The position numbers were made by a program, and so were the translations under genes. From Gammaproteobacteria bacterium (GTDB taxonomy: Bacteria > Pseudomonadota > Gammaproteobacteria > UBA4575), in NCBI GenBank assembly GCA_965243395.1, contig CBDEUS010000001.1, positions 1,056,001 through 1,120,000 on the forward strand: a stretch of DNA of 64,000 nucleotides. Reading direction: 5' to 3'. The first letter of the stretch is position 1; each line of letters begins with the position of its first letter. A model generated the notes under the pieces. That model saw only the letters and a list, made by a program, of their open reading frames with translations. It did not search any database and was not told the origin of the DNA. This document shows, piece by piece, positions 1-9,240 of the stretch.

Positions 1-22
1 TATGATGTCCTAAGTTTTAGCA

Positions 23-817
23 TCAGAAAAAAAATGAAACCCCTGCGCTGAATTCATCAAACTCATCATTTCGATCGTCTTCTGATAAAACGATGTAGCG
101 TCGATAATCTCCACGCAAAAAGAATCTTTTAGTTAAGTAATAGCGAACCCCCAGCCCTAAGTTTGCCAAGTCATCTTCCGTTTCAATGTCTTGTATAAGT
201 GCACCTTTAGGCTCATTTTCAAAACGCCCGTAACCAACCGTAAAATGTGGTGTAAGACGCCAATCCGGAAAAGGTGTTGAAACCAAATTTACTGCGTAAA
301 TATCTGAACTTGATAATTTCCCTGCAACTTTTGAAACCTGAAATTCAAGCGCGATATTTTCAGTAAATTTGTATGCGAGTCTGGCAGAAACAATTGGGTC
401 ACTATCAAATTCACCTGCAGAAATTCCAAATTCAATTCGTCTATGCAAGTAATCATCGTATAAAACATCTCTAAACGATTTCGGTATACCTGCAACTGTT
501 AATGTTTGTTCGATTTGTTTACGACTTACCCAACCTTCAACACCACGATCGTCTTTTATCTTGAACCAATCCGTTTTGCGTTTCATGATGTCAATCCAAG
601 TGTGTCGCTTTACAACATGAAAGATCGGGTAACCACGACCAGGACCGGTATGTAATTCAATATAGGGGTCAACTATTTTTACGCGTTGGTATTCCTTTTC
701 ACCAAAAAGATCTGCTAGAGCAGTTGAGAAAGGTATAAATAATAAAATCACTATAAATAAGTGAGTTACACTCTTTGTCAGGCCAAAATAATCTCTATGC
801 TTATTTGCTATTAACAT
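23..817 (-). CDS. SH3b-domain / outer-membrane beta-barrel protein
   Basis: Signal-like N-terminus (..STALA), SH3b-like segment (ELHTGPGRGYPIF...WFKI...GWV), alternating beta-strand C-terminal half ending GVSFFF (aromatic BAM-type terminus). True start may be downstream of 817. Confidence 0.75.
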   Translation of the reverse strand: MLIANKHRDYFGLTKSVTHLFIVILLFIPFSTALADLFGEKEYQRVKIVDPYIELHTGPGRGYPIFHVVKRHTWIDIMKRKTDWFKIKDDRGVEGWVSRKQIEQTLTVAGIPKSFRDVLYDDYLHRRIEFGISAGEFDSDPIVSARLAYKFTENIALEFQVSKVAGKLSSSDIYAVNLVSTPFPDWRLTPHFTVGYGRFENEPKGALIQDIETEDDLANLGLGVRYYLTKRFFLRGDYRRYIVLSEDDRNDEFDEFSAGVSFFF

Positions 818-823
818 TGAGTT

Positions 824-1348
824 TTATAGTCCGCAGGCGTTAATTAGAATGGCAGGGTTTGCGGCATTACTAATGGCTGTACAACTTGGAATTGTTGCAG
901 GAGCAACCATGCATGCTGAACCATCCGTAGGAGCAGGTGTTGAAGCCCATTCAGAAATTGCGTTGTAACATAAATCCCCAACCGTAAGTTGTTGCCCACC
1001 ACCATGAGAATTTCCAGTAGCTTTGCTTAGAAGTAAGCTGTTATTAAGAGTCCTTGCTTCTACTTGAGGAAAATTGTTAGTCATTAATTGTGTTGGGGTA
1101 GGAGGGTTAAATAAGAAAAATCCACCTTGTCCAATTGGAGGTGCATGGCAACCTGACTGCGAGCATGAATTGCCTGTGACAGCATTCTTTGTTCGATTGT
1201 GCATAATAGGTTCAATACACATTTCATAAAGATTGATGCATAGACTTATGCCACTGTTAGGCAGCTCTTCATTCGATGTGCTGTCACATCCTTGGATAAG
1301 ACACACGGGTGCTACTACAGCTAGTAGCACCAGCCGTATTAACTTCAC
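824..1348 (-). CDS. Cys-rich lipoprotein with atypical CX4CH heme-binding motif (cytochrome c-like)
   Basis: GTG start with GAGG upstream; lipobox-like IQGC; SCSQSGCH; SLLLSK..HGGG..Y..I..W pattern shared with the heme domains of the upstream gene. Confidence 0.65.
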   Translation of the reverse strand: MKLIRLVLLAVVAPVCLIQGCDSTSNEELPNSGISLCINLYEMCIEPIMHNRTKNAVTGNSCSQSGCHAPPIGQGGFFLFNPPTPTQLMTNNFPQVEARTLNNSLLLSKATGNSHGGGQQLTVGDLCYNAISEWASTPAPTDGSACMVAPATIPSCTAISNAANPAILINACGL

Positions 1349-1369
1349 GACAAACCTCTGTTTTAATTA

Positions 1370-4294
1370 CTAATTTAGACAGGTTGGATTACTAGCAGCA
1401 CCCATGCTAATCCAGGTCAAAATGGTGTCATAGGAGGATCCTGGACCGGTGTCTGAAAATACCGGCTGAGTGGCACTGTTAGGATCATTGATATCAGACA
1501 AGATCTGAGGATGCGGCAAATTCGGTGCTACATTGTTAGAAATAGGTCTTAATAGCAAATCATTATTTTGCGGATCACAAAGATTATTAATCATTGCGCG
1601 TGCCATATTAAAGTCACCTGCTTGATTTCCTGTTAACACAAATAGGTTGAAATTATTTGCGTCTTCATCATCTAGCGGATCAACTGTTGACTCGATATTC
1701 GAACCTTCAGCAACGTGACACGATAAACATTCAGCATTCAGTATTGGATGAATTTGATCATTAAATACTTGGCGACTCACACTTCGGCTTGAAACGATCG
1801 CATCACGAACTATGTATTGCCCATTAACCAATTCGTATGGCTCATTTGTATATTGAGCACCCACATCCACCCATGTAGAAATGAACCACTTTTCATCAGC
1901 CGTTAACATCGAAGCATGATCAGTAGGTCCTAATGCGAAACGCGAACCTGCTCGGAGCTTAGTATTATATATAGTCTCAATTAGATGGCTCGTTCTTGAA
2001 CTATGTGCGGCATTTCCTACATATGCTAATGATGGGCCTCGCTGAAAATATACCAACCCACTTTCTGAAACCACAGGTGGTAGCGGTACGCCATTTTCAT
2101 CTAGTAATAAAGAACCACGTAAAATATTCTGATAAGAAATTACTCGTCCGGCAAATCCTGATAATCCACCCTCTAAACTTAAGCCGGCTGAAACTGGATC
2201 TGCCAACAAACTATTTCGGTGACAGTTTGTACACGTATTTGCACCACGATCTTTATCCCATAACGGTTGAATATGATTTACATAATCAATACGGCCGTTA
2301 TCTGGAACGGGCGTTTCAATATTTGCTAATGAGAATGAAAAGTCTGCTTCAAGACCTACTGACCAATACTCTGCAAAGTCAACACTTTGACTTAAACTTG
2401 GTGCAGATTCATTATTTAAACGTGCGCGTGTTTCTGCCATGGTTTCTGCACCATTGGCATTCGCATGGCTTCCAGCAATAGGAGCAATGTTGATCGAACT
2501 CAATGCACGTCTTGGTGAGTGACATCCATTACAAGTGCGTGTTTCACCAGGACGAACTTGCAACCAATTGGTGTGTGTTTGAAAAGCACGACCAGATTTA
2601 TCTATAACAGAAATTGTTAATGCGCTATCCGCAGGAACTTTTGCCAAAATTGAACCATCAGGTTCAACAGGCACATAACCTAGGATTTCCTGCATCTCAA
2701 ATTTATTACGACTAATTGCACCTTTTGAAATTCCAGGAGGAGTAGGCAAAGCACGGGTTACACGTGCAAAATATCCAGGACGATTCAAATAACTTGGGTT
2801 ATTTGGATCCTTCATGGCTAATAAATCAGGAACATCATCACCAACAGTAGGTATATTTTCTCCTAATGCAGACACCAATACACGATCACCCATGATGTCC
2901 AAAAAGTCAGTGTGGTAAACAGAACGCACACCCAATACACCCATACCTTGTCCACCCAAACCATTTGGTTCAGTCGCCATAACAGGGTCGACTGGTTTAT
3001 TAGGGAGAATGGCAGGTACATCACTCAATGGGCGTGGGAAAAGTGCTACAGGGTCTAAATAAGCTAGTCCATTTGCAGGGGCGGTCTCAACAGGTCTTGC
3101 ATCGCCGTTAAAATCTACCATCCAAATACGATAGTTTGATGGACCAAATACTTGTTTTTGGCTGCCATCCAATGGATGTGTTTCTATTGGAATGGGGTTA
3201 AATGTTCCATCTGGAGCCAATGCACGTGATAACAATACGCGCCCTGTTCCATCCCATAATGGATCCGGAGTGGTGTAACGACCACCAGGTGAAAAACTTC
3301 CATCAAATGTAACTTCGGCCAGATTTACTAAACCATCTGGTTTCACTTGACCGTTGCAACCTGGCGCTATACCCGGAGCAGGCTCACAGTTTTCCGAATA
3401 ATTGACTGCATCAATCGCAAATAATGCGCCGCCTTCGTCCGTACCCGATAAAGGCATGGCAGTAGTCAAAATGGTTCCATTTTGCTGTTCCATTGGATGC
3501 AAATAAGAATTACCAGGACTAAATGCTCCATAAAGAACAAATAAATCTGTTCCATCAGGATTTATTGTAAAAATTGGAAAATGATTTCGAGTGGCTAAAT
3601 GATCCCAACGACTAAACATAATTCGACCATCTCTTAAAACCGATGGATTTCGATCGTGACTTTGGTTAAATGATATTTGTGTAATATCTTGTGTAAGCGG
3701 ATCTAGAACATGTAAATTCAGGGTTTCTTCACGTTCATATTCATCTAATGTTTTATGTTGGGCAATATTTTGTTCCAACAACATCTCTTGCATGCGCTTT
3801 TGACGGTTTGAAGTAAATACAATGCGTCCGTCAGGCAAGTATGCGGGATCTACATCATCACCAAGTTCTGCTAATACGGGATCTAAAACTAAACGTGTAT
3901 ACTGTCTAGTTGCAACATCCATCTCCCAAAGGCTGAAAGTTTCATCATCTGGGCCACGCATAGAAAACGCAACTTTTGTTGCATCATAATTTACTGCTGG
4001 ATCTGAAACATCACCTTGGCCTTGTGTATATGCCGATGTAATGTTTATAGGTACGATGGAACCGGTAGATGCATCTTTGTACATAAGATCACCACCAGGA
4101 GCAAAAGTCACACCATCGGTTGGATTACCCAATGCAGACATACTTCTTTGTACGTACACCATTGGATAATTGCCATTTACAGTGGCAAACCCGTCGGTAG
4201 ACTCTGACGAACCTGTCTTACAACCTTGCATAATTCCAAGTGATGCACACAAGGAAATTATTACAACCCAAATTTGACCAAAGTTCCTTTTCAT
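1370..4294 (-). CDS. Large lipoprotein: PD40/TolB-like propeller + hydrazine synthase alpha (HzsA)-like middle domain + three CxxCH heme-c motifs
   Basis: Lipobox-like MQGC; propeller repeats (DPAYLPDGRIVFTSNR, NPSVLRDGRIMFSRWDH); LGYVPVEPDGS..KVPA...WLQVRPGETRTCNGCH; also CTNCH and CLSCH. ATG at 4294 is preceded by GGAG (ORF track starts at TTG 4306). Confidence 0.8.
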   Translation of the reverse strand: MKRNFGQIWVVIISLCASLGIMQGCKTGSSESTDGFATVNGNYPMVYVQRSMSALGNPTDGVTFAPGGDLMYKDASTGSIVPINITSAYTQGQGDVSDPAVNYDATKVAFSMRGPDDETFSLWEMDVATRQYTRLVLDPVLAELGDDVDPAYLPDGRIVFTSNRQKRMQEMLLEQNIAQHKTLDEYEREETLNLHVLDPLTQDITQISFNQSHDRNPSVLRDGRIMFSRWDHLATRNHFPIFTINPDGTDLFVLYGAFSPGNSYLHPMEQQNGTILTTAMPLSGTDEGGALFAIDAVNYSENCEPAPGIAPGCNGQVKPDGLVNLAEVTFDGSFSPGGRYTTPDPLWDGTGRVLLSRALAPDGTFNPIPIETHPLDGSQKQVFGPSNYRIWMVDFNGDARPVETAPANGLAYLDPVALFPRPLSDVPAILPNKPVDPVMATEPNGLGGQGMGVLGVRSVYHTDFLDIMGDRVLVSALGENIPTVGDDVPDLLAMKDPNNPSYLNRPGYFARVTRALPTPPGISKGAISRNKFEMQEILGYVPVEPDGSILAKVPADSALTISVIDKSGRAFQTHTNWLQVRPGETRTCNGCHSPRRALSSINIAPIAGSHANANGAETMAETRARLNNESAPSLSQSVDFAEYWSVGLEADFSFSLANIETPVPDNGRIDYVNHIQPLWDKDRGANTCTNCHRNSLLADPVSAGLSLEGGLSGFAGRVISYQNILRGSLLLDENGVPLPPVVSESGLVYFQRGPSLAYVGNAAHSSRTSHLIETIYNTKLRAGSRFALGPTDHASMLTADEKWFISTWVDVGAQYTNEPYELVNGQYIVRDAIVSSRSVSRQVFNDQIHPILNAECLSCHVAEGSNIESTVDPLDDEDANNFNLFVLTGNQAGDFNMARAMINNLCDPQNNDLLLRPISNNVAPNLPHPQILSDINDPNSATQPVFSDTGPGSSYDTILTWISMGAASNPTCLN

Positions 4295-4556
4295 AACCAA
4301 CTCCAAAATGTAGCAAGATCCTTCTTATCAAAAACTCACGTAGATTCAGCCACTAATATTTAATTTAGTGTGTCCACAACGTCCTTTATCAAATAGCCCT
4401 ATCTCCTTGATTTTTAAGGACTATACGGTATCGATTATTTCTCGATTAAATGAATCAAACCGCGACAGGCGCATCAACGGGTTAAAGAAACAGATAGAAG
4501 GTAAGGAGCTTTACCCTTTGAAATTAGATACGAGATTTAAGCAGGTTAAACGTGAA

Positions 4557-5573
4557 TCAATTCACGTTTGCATTGTGATTTACAGCACTCTCGGGCTGTT
4601 GAAGCCCTTCTGAATAGTAGAGTTTTCGATTCTGATCAACCACTACACCTTCAACCCCTTCCAAACGATTGAGTAATTCAAGACCTTTGCTAACACCCAT
4701 AACAAATATGCTTGTTGATAATGCATCTGTAGTTGTAGCATCACTCGCAATAATTGACACGCTTCGCACTTCGCTTACAGATTTGCCTGTGCTTGGATGA
4801 ATGATATGGTGATATTTTTCACCATCTTCTATGAAAAAGCGTTCGTAATCGCCGGAAGTCGACAATGCTTCATCCTCTAGTGGCAACATCGCAATGACCT
4901 CTTCTGTATTAGCAGGATCACGTATCCCCACTAGCCATGCGCGCCCACGGCGATCACCCAATAACCGTGTGTCTCCTCCTGCAGAAACTAAAGCATGTTC
5001 TATTCCTAAATCTTGTAAATGTTGAATCGATTGATCCACTGCAAAACCTTTTGCAATTCCTCCCAAATCAATTTTTACACCATGCTTTAAAAAGCTAACA
5101 GTAAATTGATTTTTATCTATAACTACATTTTTATAGTCGATTAATTCTTTAGCTTGTTCAATTTCAGCATCCGTAGGTTTAATTTCTTTTCTATAATTGA
5201 ATAAATGTCCAACACTTGCATAGGTAATATCAAATGCACCATCCGTGAGACGCGAAACTTCTAATGATTTTTCAATTACATGGAATAAATCACGGTCAAC
5301 TTCTACTGGCTTCTCATGTGCTACTTTGTTGATTTTAGAAAGTTGACTATCCTCAATATACGGGCTCATTAAATGGTTAACTCGCTCCATTTCATTTAAA
5401 ACACTATCAATACCCTCTTGTCGTTTGTCTGCATCTGAGTGCCAAATTTCAACACGAATTTTTGTACCCATTATTGCCGCATCTTCTGTCTGCCACTCCG
5501 CTGCCAGCGGTAAGGAAAACAGCGACAAAATTAAACTAAATAATTGAAATTTGACTAATTGCTTAAATCGCAT
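4557..5573 (-). CDS. apbE: FAD:protein FMN transferase
   Basis: MGT, GAFDIT, IDLGGIAKG, STSGDYER, HHIIHP, DALSTS motifs; signal peptide. Confidence 0.95.
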   Translation of the reverse strand: MRFKQLVKFQLFSLILSLFSLPLAAEWQTEDAAIMGTKIRVEIWHSDADKRQEGIDSVLNEMERVNHLMSPYIEDSQLSKINKVAHEKPVEVDRDLFHVIEKSLEVSRLTDGAFDITYASVGHLFNYRKEIKPTDAEIEQAKELIDYKNVVIDKNQFTVSFLKHGVKIDLGGIAKGFAVDQSIQHLQDLGIEHALVSAGGDTRLLGDRRGRAWLVGIRDPANTEEVIAMLPLEDEALSTSGDYERFFIEDGEKYHHIIHPSTGKSVSEVRSVSIIASDATTTDALSTSIFVMGVSKGLELLNRLEGVEGVVVDQNRKLYYSEGLQQPESAVNHNANVN

Positions 5574-5694
5574 TGGTTAGATATAGATTAATACTAAAAA
5601 TATGAATCAGCTGTTTGACACTAGATTGAAGTTCACGTTCATACATGGTTACCATTATACTAAGAAATGTTAGGGCATGAACTGACAAAACAAA

Positions 5695-6978
5695 ATGACC
5701 TCTATGAACACCAAAACCATAAAGCATGACCCAAGTTGTATGGATGACTTTGATCCAGCATCACTTGATGCCGATAAAGCGTTACAAAATATTATAGATA
5801 CAATTACCTCTTCGGATGAGATCGAAAAATTACCTATTCGTGACATACTTGGCCGTGTTTTAGCCGAAGATATTAGTTCTAAAATCAATGTCCCGGGACA
5901 TACCAATTCTGCAATGGATGGCTACGCCATTAATGGATCTGAAATCCCTCAACAAGGTACCACCACACTAAAAAATATTGGCACTGCTTGGGCAGGAAAG
6001 CCCTATTCTGGTGAAGCCAATAAAGGTGAATGCGTACGAATTATGACGGGTGCGGCAATGCCTGCTAATACTGACACTGTGATCATGCAAGAACATGTCC
6101 AAGTGAATGGTGATGACATCACTATTGATCACACTAATAAACTTGGTCAAAACGTACGTTTAGCCGGTGAAGATATTCCAATGGGTGGGCAAGTTCTTAG
6201 TAAAGGCAAACTTTTAACACCGGCAGATATAGGACTCATTGCCTCTGTTGGTATTAGTGAAGTAAAAGTTAATAAAAAAACACGCGTGGCTTTTTTTTCT
6301 ACGGGTGATGAATTACGTCCGGTAGGGAGTAAATTAGAGGTTGGACAAATTTATGACAGCAATCGTTACACATTACATGGCATGCTTTCTAAATTGCGCG
6401 TTGAAATAATTGATTTAGGCGTAATCGAAGATAAACGCGAAGCTGTTGAACAAGCTTTTTTAAATGCCGCCAACAAAGCAGATGTCATTATAACTTCTGG
6501 CGGGGTATCGGTTGGCGAAGCTGATTTTGTTAAAGAAACGCTTGAAAAGATAGGTAAAGTTAATTTTTGGAAAGTTGCAATGAAACCTGGGCGACCTCTT
6601 GCATTTGGAAAAATCAAAAACGCATGGTTTTTTGGTTTACCGGGGAACCCTGTATCTGTAATGGTGACTTTTTATATGTTTGTTCAACCAGCACTTAAAA
6701 AATTAATGGGATTAGAATACAAAGAGCCGTTAATGATAAATGCAAGTTGCAAAACGAAGCTACGTAAACGACCTGGTCGTGTCGAATATCAACGCGGAAT
6801 ACTTACACGAAATCATGACAATCCTACTGGATATGATGTAGTTAAAACCGGAGCACAGGGTTCTGGAATTTTGCGTTCAATGTCTGATGCGAACTGTTTT
6901 ATCATATTACCTATGGAGTCAAGTGGAGTAGAGGTTGAGGACCAAGTTCAAGTACTCCCCTTTGAAGCAATAATTTAA
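5695..6978 (+). CDS. moeA: Molybdopterin molybdotransferase
   Basis: NSAMDGYA, STGDEL, SGGVSVGEADF, KPGRP, GLPGNP. Confidence 0.97.
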   Translation: MTSMNTKTIKHDPSCMDDFDPASLDADKALQNIIDTITSSDEIEKLPIRDILGRVLAEDISSKINVPGHTNSAMDGYAINGSEIPQQGTTTLKNIGTAWAGKPYSGEANKGECVRIMTGAAMPANTDTVIMQEHVQVNGDDITIDHTNKLGQNVRLAGEDIPMGGQVLSKGKLLTPADIGLIASVGISEVKVNKKTRVAFFSTGDELRPVGSKLEVGQIYDSNRYTLHGMLSKLRVEIIDLGVIEDKREAVEQAFLNAANKADVIITSGGVSVGEADFVKETLEKIGKVNFWKVAMKPGRPLAFGKIKNAWFFGLPGNPVSVMVTFYMFVQPALKKLMGLEYKEPLMINASCKTKLRKRPGRVEYQRGILTRNHDNPTGYDVVKTGAQGSGILRSMSDANCFIILPMESSGVEVEDQVQVLPFEAII

Positions 6979-6985
6979 AAATTCT

Positions 6986-7423
6986 TTAAGCTGGAGTATT
7001 TTTCTCTACCCAACGATCTTCATCTTTGGTTAAAGTTTCTTTTTTCCAAAATGGCGCTTTAGATTTTAAATCCTCCATAATAAATCGATTTGCATCATAA
7101 GCAGGTCCACGATGTATAGACCACACTACTACACATACAATCGGGTCACTGGGAAACACTTCTCCAACACGATGTAATATATACACATCTAAAATATCAA
7201 ACTTGTTCAATGCTTGGTTCGCGATTGTTTCCAAGTGCTTTTGCGTCATTTCTGGGTAATGCTCCAGCACCATTGAAGCAACCAAGTCCCCTTCATTCAT
7301 ATCGCGCATTGATCCAATAAAAATTGATTTAGCGCCATGCTCGCCCTTACGCAGAAACTCATTTTCATATTCACAAGCCTCCTGCCATGGATCAAATTGT
7401 GATTCTCTTATCTCGACTTTCAT
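6986..7423 (-). CDS. moaE: Molybdopterin synthase catalytic subunit
   Basis: LEHYPEMT, HRVG, HR..A, LKSKAPFWKKE. Confidence 0.95.
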   Translation of the reverse strand: MKVEIRESQFDPWQEACEYENEFLRKGEHGAKSIFIGSMRDMNEGDLVASMVLEHYPEMTQKHLETIANQALNKFDILDVYILHRVGEVFPSDPIVCVVVWSIHRGPAYDANRFIMEDLKSKAPFWKKETLTKDEDRWVEKNTPA

Positions 7424-7489
7424 TTTCTATGACATTAAATGCTAAGTACGCTACATTAAGACAATAAATTAACTGAAACACTATTATAT

Positions 7490-8014
7490 ATGAGCAGCAA
7501 AGAACGTTCTTTCAAGCCTTTAAATATTGCCGTTCTGACGATTTCGGATTCCCGCACAGAAGCTGATGATAAATCAGGCAAGCTTTTATGTGATCGGTTA
7601 ACTTCAGCGGGCCATGATTTACGTGAAAAGATAATCGTACCTGATGATATATACAAAATCCGTGCAGTAGTTGCTGCATGGATTGCAGAAGAAAAACCAG
7701 ATGTCGTGTTGACGACAGGCGGCACAGGTGTAACCGGAAGAGATGGGACCCCTGAAGCTATTCGCCCATTATTAGACAAAGAAATTTCGGGTTTTGGTGA
7801 AATGTTTCGTGTACTTTCTTTTGAAACCATTAAAACTTCTACCCTTCAATCTCGTGCGTTTGCGGGAGTGGCGAATGCCACTTATATCTTTTGTTTGCCG
7901 GGGTCTGCAGGCGCTTGTGCAGAAGCATGGGATAAATTGATTTCACATCAATTGGATTACAGGAGTCGGCCCTGTAATTTGGTTGAGTTGATGCCGAGAT
8001 TGAAAGAAAAATGA
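7490..8014 (+). CDS. moaB: Molybdenum cofactor biosynthesis protein B
   Basis: LTISDSR..DDKSG, TTGGTG..GRDGTPEA, LQSRA, LPGS, RPCN. Confidence 0.95.
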   Translation: MSSKERSFKPLNIAVLTISDSRTEADDKSGKLLCDRLTSAGHDLREKIIVPDDIYKIRAVVAAWIAEEKPDVVLTTGGTGVTGRDGTPEAIRPLLDKEISGFGEMFRVLSFETIKTSTLQSRAFAGVANATYIFCLPGSAGACAEAWDKLISHQLDYRSRPCNLVELMPRLKEK

Positions 8015-8043
8015 ATGTACGCTTATGGTCAATCGCAGCCATT
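8014..8043. repeat. Palindrome P1 (28-30-bp family, 12-nt spacer)
   Basis: AATGTACGC-TTATGGTCAATC-GCAGCCATT directly after the moaB stop; similar to P2-P4. Confidence 0.6.
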
Positions 8044-8227
8044 TTAAATTTTCACCATAGCTATGATTACAGTATGTTTCTCAGTAAGTTAAAAGCCACT
8101 TTGAATAAACTGCTCCCTTAGACAAACGATATATGGTAACGAATGAATAGGTTTAGTTTCACATCTATCCTTTAATAGTTACAAAATCTAATTAAAATAC
8201 GCAATCATCCTGTTGTATCTATATTGC

Positions 8228-8623
8228 ATGACACCAGAGAAGGACATCATTGCTGGTTGTATCGCAGCCATTGAAGCATTACAAACGGAAGGTTCAGCTT
8301 CCCTGAGCTTTAATCATATGCAAATTCTAATGCATATCTTTTTAAATGATGGAATTAGTAGAAAAGAATTAAGGGAACGTATCAAAAATTCCTCAAAAGA
8401 AGCAATTCAACGACATACGAAAGACTTACTATTTAAGCACAAATATATATCGGAAACTGAAAGCAAACAGGATTCTAGATATAAAGATCTTCATCTAACA
8501 GAAGAAGGTTATTCAGTAATCATCACCGTAGTCAAAAAAATGCAAGATTGTGCAACATGCTTGCAGCCCGACTACAATCCAAATGCTAGGTTAAACTTAT
8601 TTGCAGACGAAGAAATACATTAA
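8228..8623 (+). CDS. MarR-like winged-helix protein
   Basis: LSFNHMQIL..I...DGIS.KEL and D-S-R wing motif (QDSRYKDLHLTEEG); C-terminal CATC. ATG at 8228 preferred over TTG 8213. Confidence 0.7.
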   Translation: MTPEKDIIAGCIAAIEALQTEGSASLSFNHMQILMHIFLNDGISRKELRERIKNSSKEAIQRHTKDLLFKHKYISETESKQDSRYKDLHLTEEGYSVIITVVKKMQDCATCLQPDYNPNARLNLFADEEIH

Positions 8624-8686
8624 TCTAAGTCGTATTTCTCAAACAATCCAAAGAGGATAATTTTCTCTCAAATTTTTTTAAAAAGA

Positions 8687-8714
8687 GTTGCTGCTTTCGG
8701 CTAATAGCAGTCAT
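8687..8714. repeat. Palindrome P2
   Basis: GTTGCTGC-TTTCGGCTAATA-GCAGTCAT; overlaps the stop codon of the 8711-9166 gene. Confidence 0.6.
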
Positions 8715-9166
8715 AAAATCTCAAAGAAAATATGCCTTAGATAGATAATTGAATAAGGGATATCAAAAATAAATGAAAATAGCATTACAACAGTAATTAC
8801 GCCTGACCAGATTGAGAAAGCCGACAACTTCTTGGATAAGAACGGTCGTTTAGTTAGTAATAAATACAAAGATGGAGACCAGAAAATAACGTGGATTAAT
8901 GCGTTGAATCCCGCGAGCTTTAGCTGAACTAGACCAAATACAGATGAAAAAACCAAAGTCAAAAATCCTGCTATATAGCCACCAACTACCCAACGCGCAA
9001 TAGAATGTCGCTTAACAAAAAATATTCCGACTACAAAACAGGCTGTCGCTAACACTATCCAAATCATCACCCAAAGTGGTGTAGCTTCCATTCCTTGAGC
9101 ATCAAAAATTTCTAAAGCACGATAACCTTTTTGATAATCGATTGATTGTCCAAGTAGCTCAATCAT
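8711..9166 (-). CDS. Hypothetical membrane protein (about 4 TM)
   Basis: 151-aa ORF with several hydrophobic segments. Confidence 0.7.
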   Translation of the reverse strand: MIELLGQSIDYQKGYRALEIFDAQGMEATPLWVMIWIVLATACFVVGIFFVKRHSIARWVVGGYIAGFLTLVFSSVFGLVQLKLAGFNALIHVIFWSPSLYLLLTKRPFLSKKLSAFSIWSGVITVVMLFSFIFDIPYSIIYLRHIFFEIL

Positions 9167-9174
9167 TATTTTTG

Positions 9175-9240
9175 ATCACCTAACTTTAATCTGCTGCATC
9201 GTCCCTGATGGAAATCTTATTCGCACATCCATGTGCTCAC
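9175..9240 (-). repeat. Double-hairpin repeat R1
   Basis: Minus strand GTGAGCAC-ATGGAT-GTGCGAATAAGATTTCCATC-AGGGAC-GATGCAGCAGATTAAAGTTAGGTGAT; 53/66 identical to R2 without gaps; abuts the moaA stop. Confidence 0.8.

Noticed and set aside
1370-4294. Hydrazine synthase / anammox capability
   Set aside because: Only an HzsA-like architecture; no hzsB/hzsC/hdh in the window and the context looks gammaproteobacterial
23-4294. ApbE flavinylation target among the adjacent proteins
   Set aside because: No convincing [S/T]GA[S/T] motif seen; any substrate probably lies outside the window
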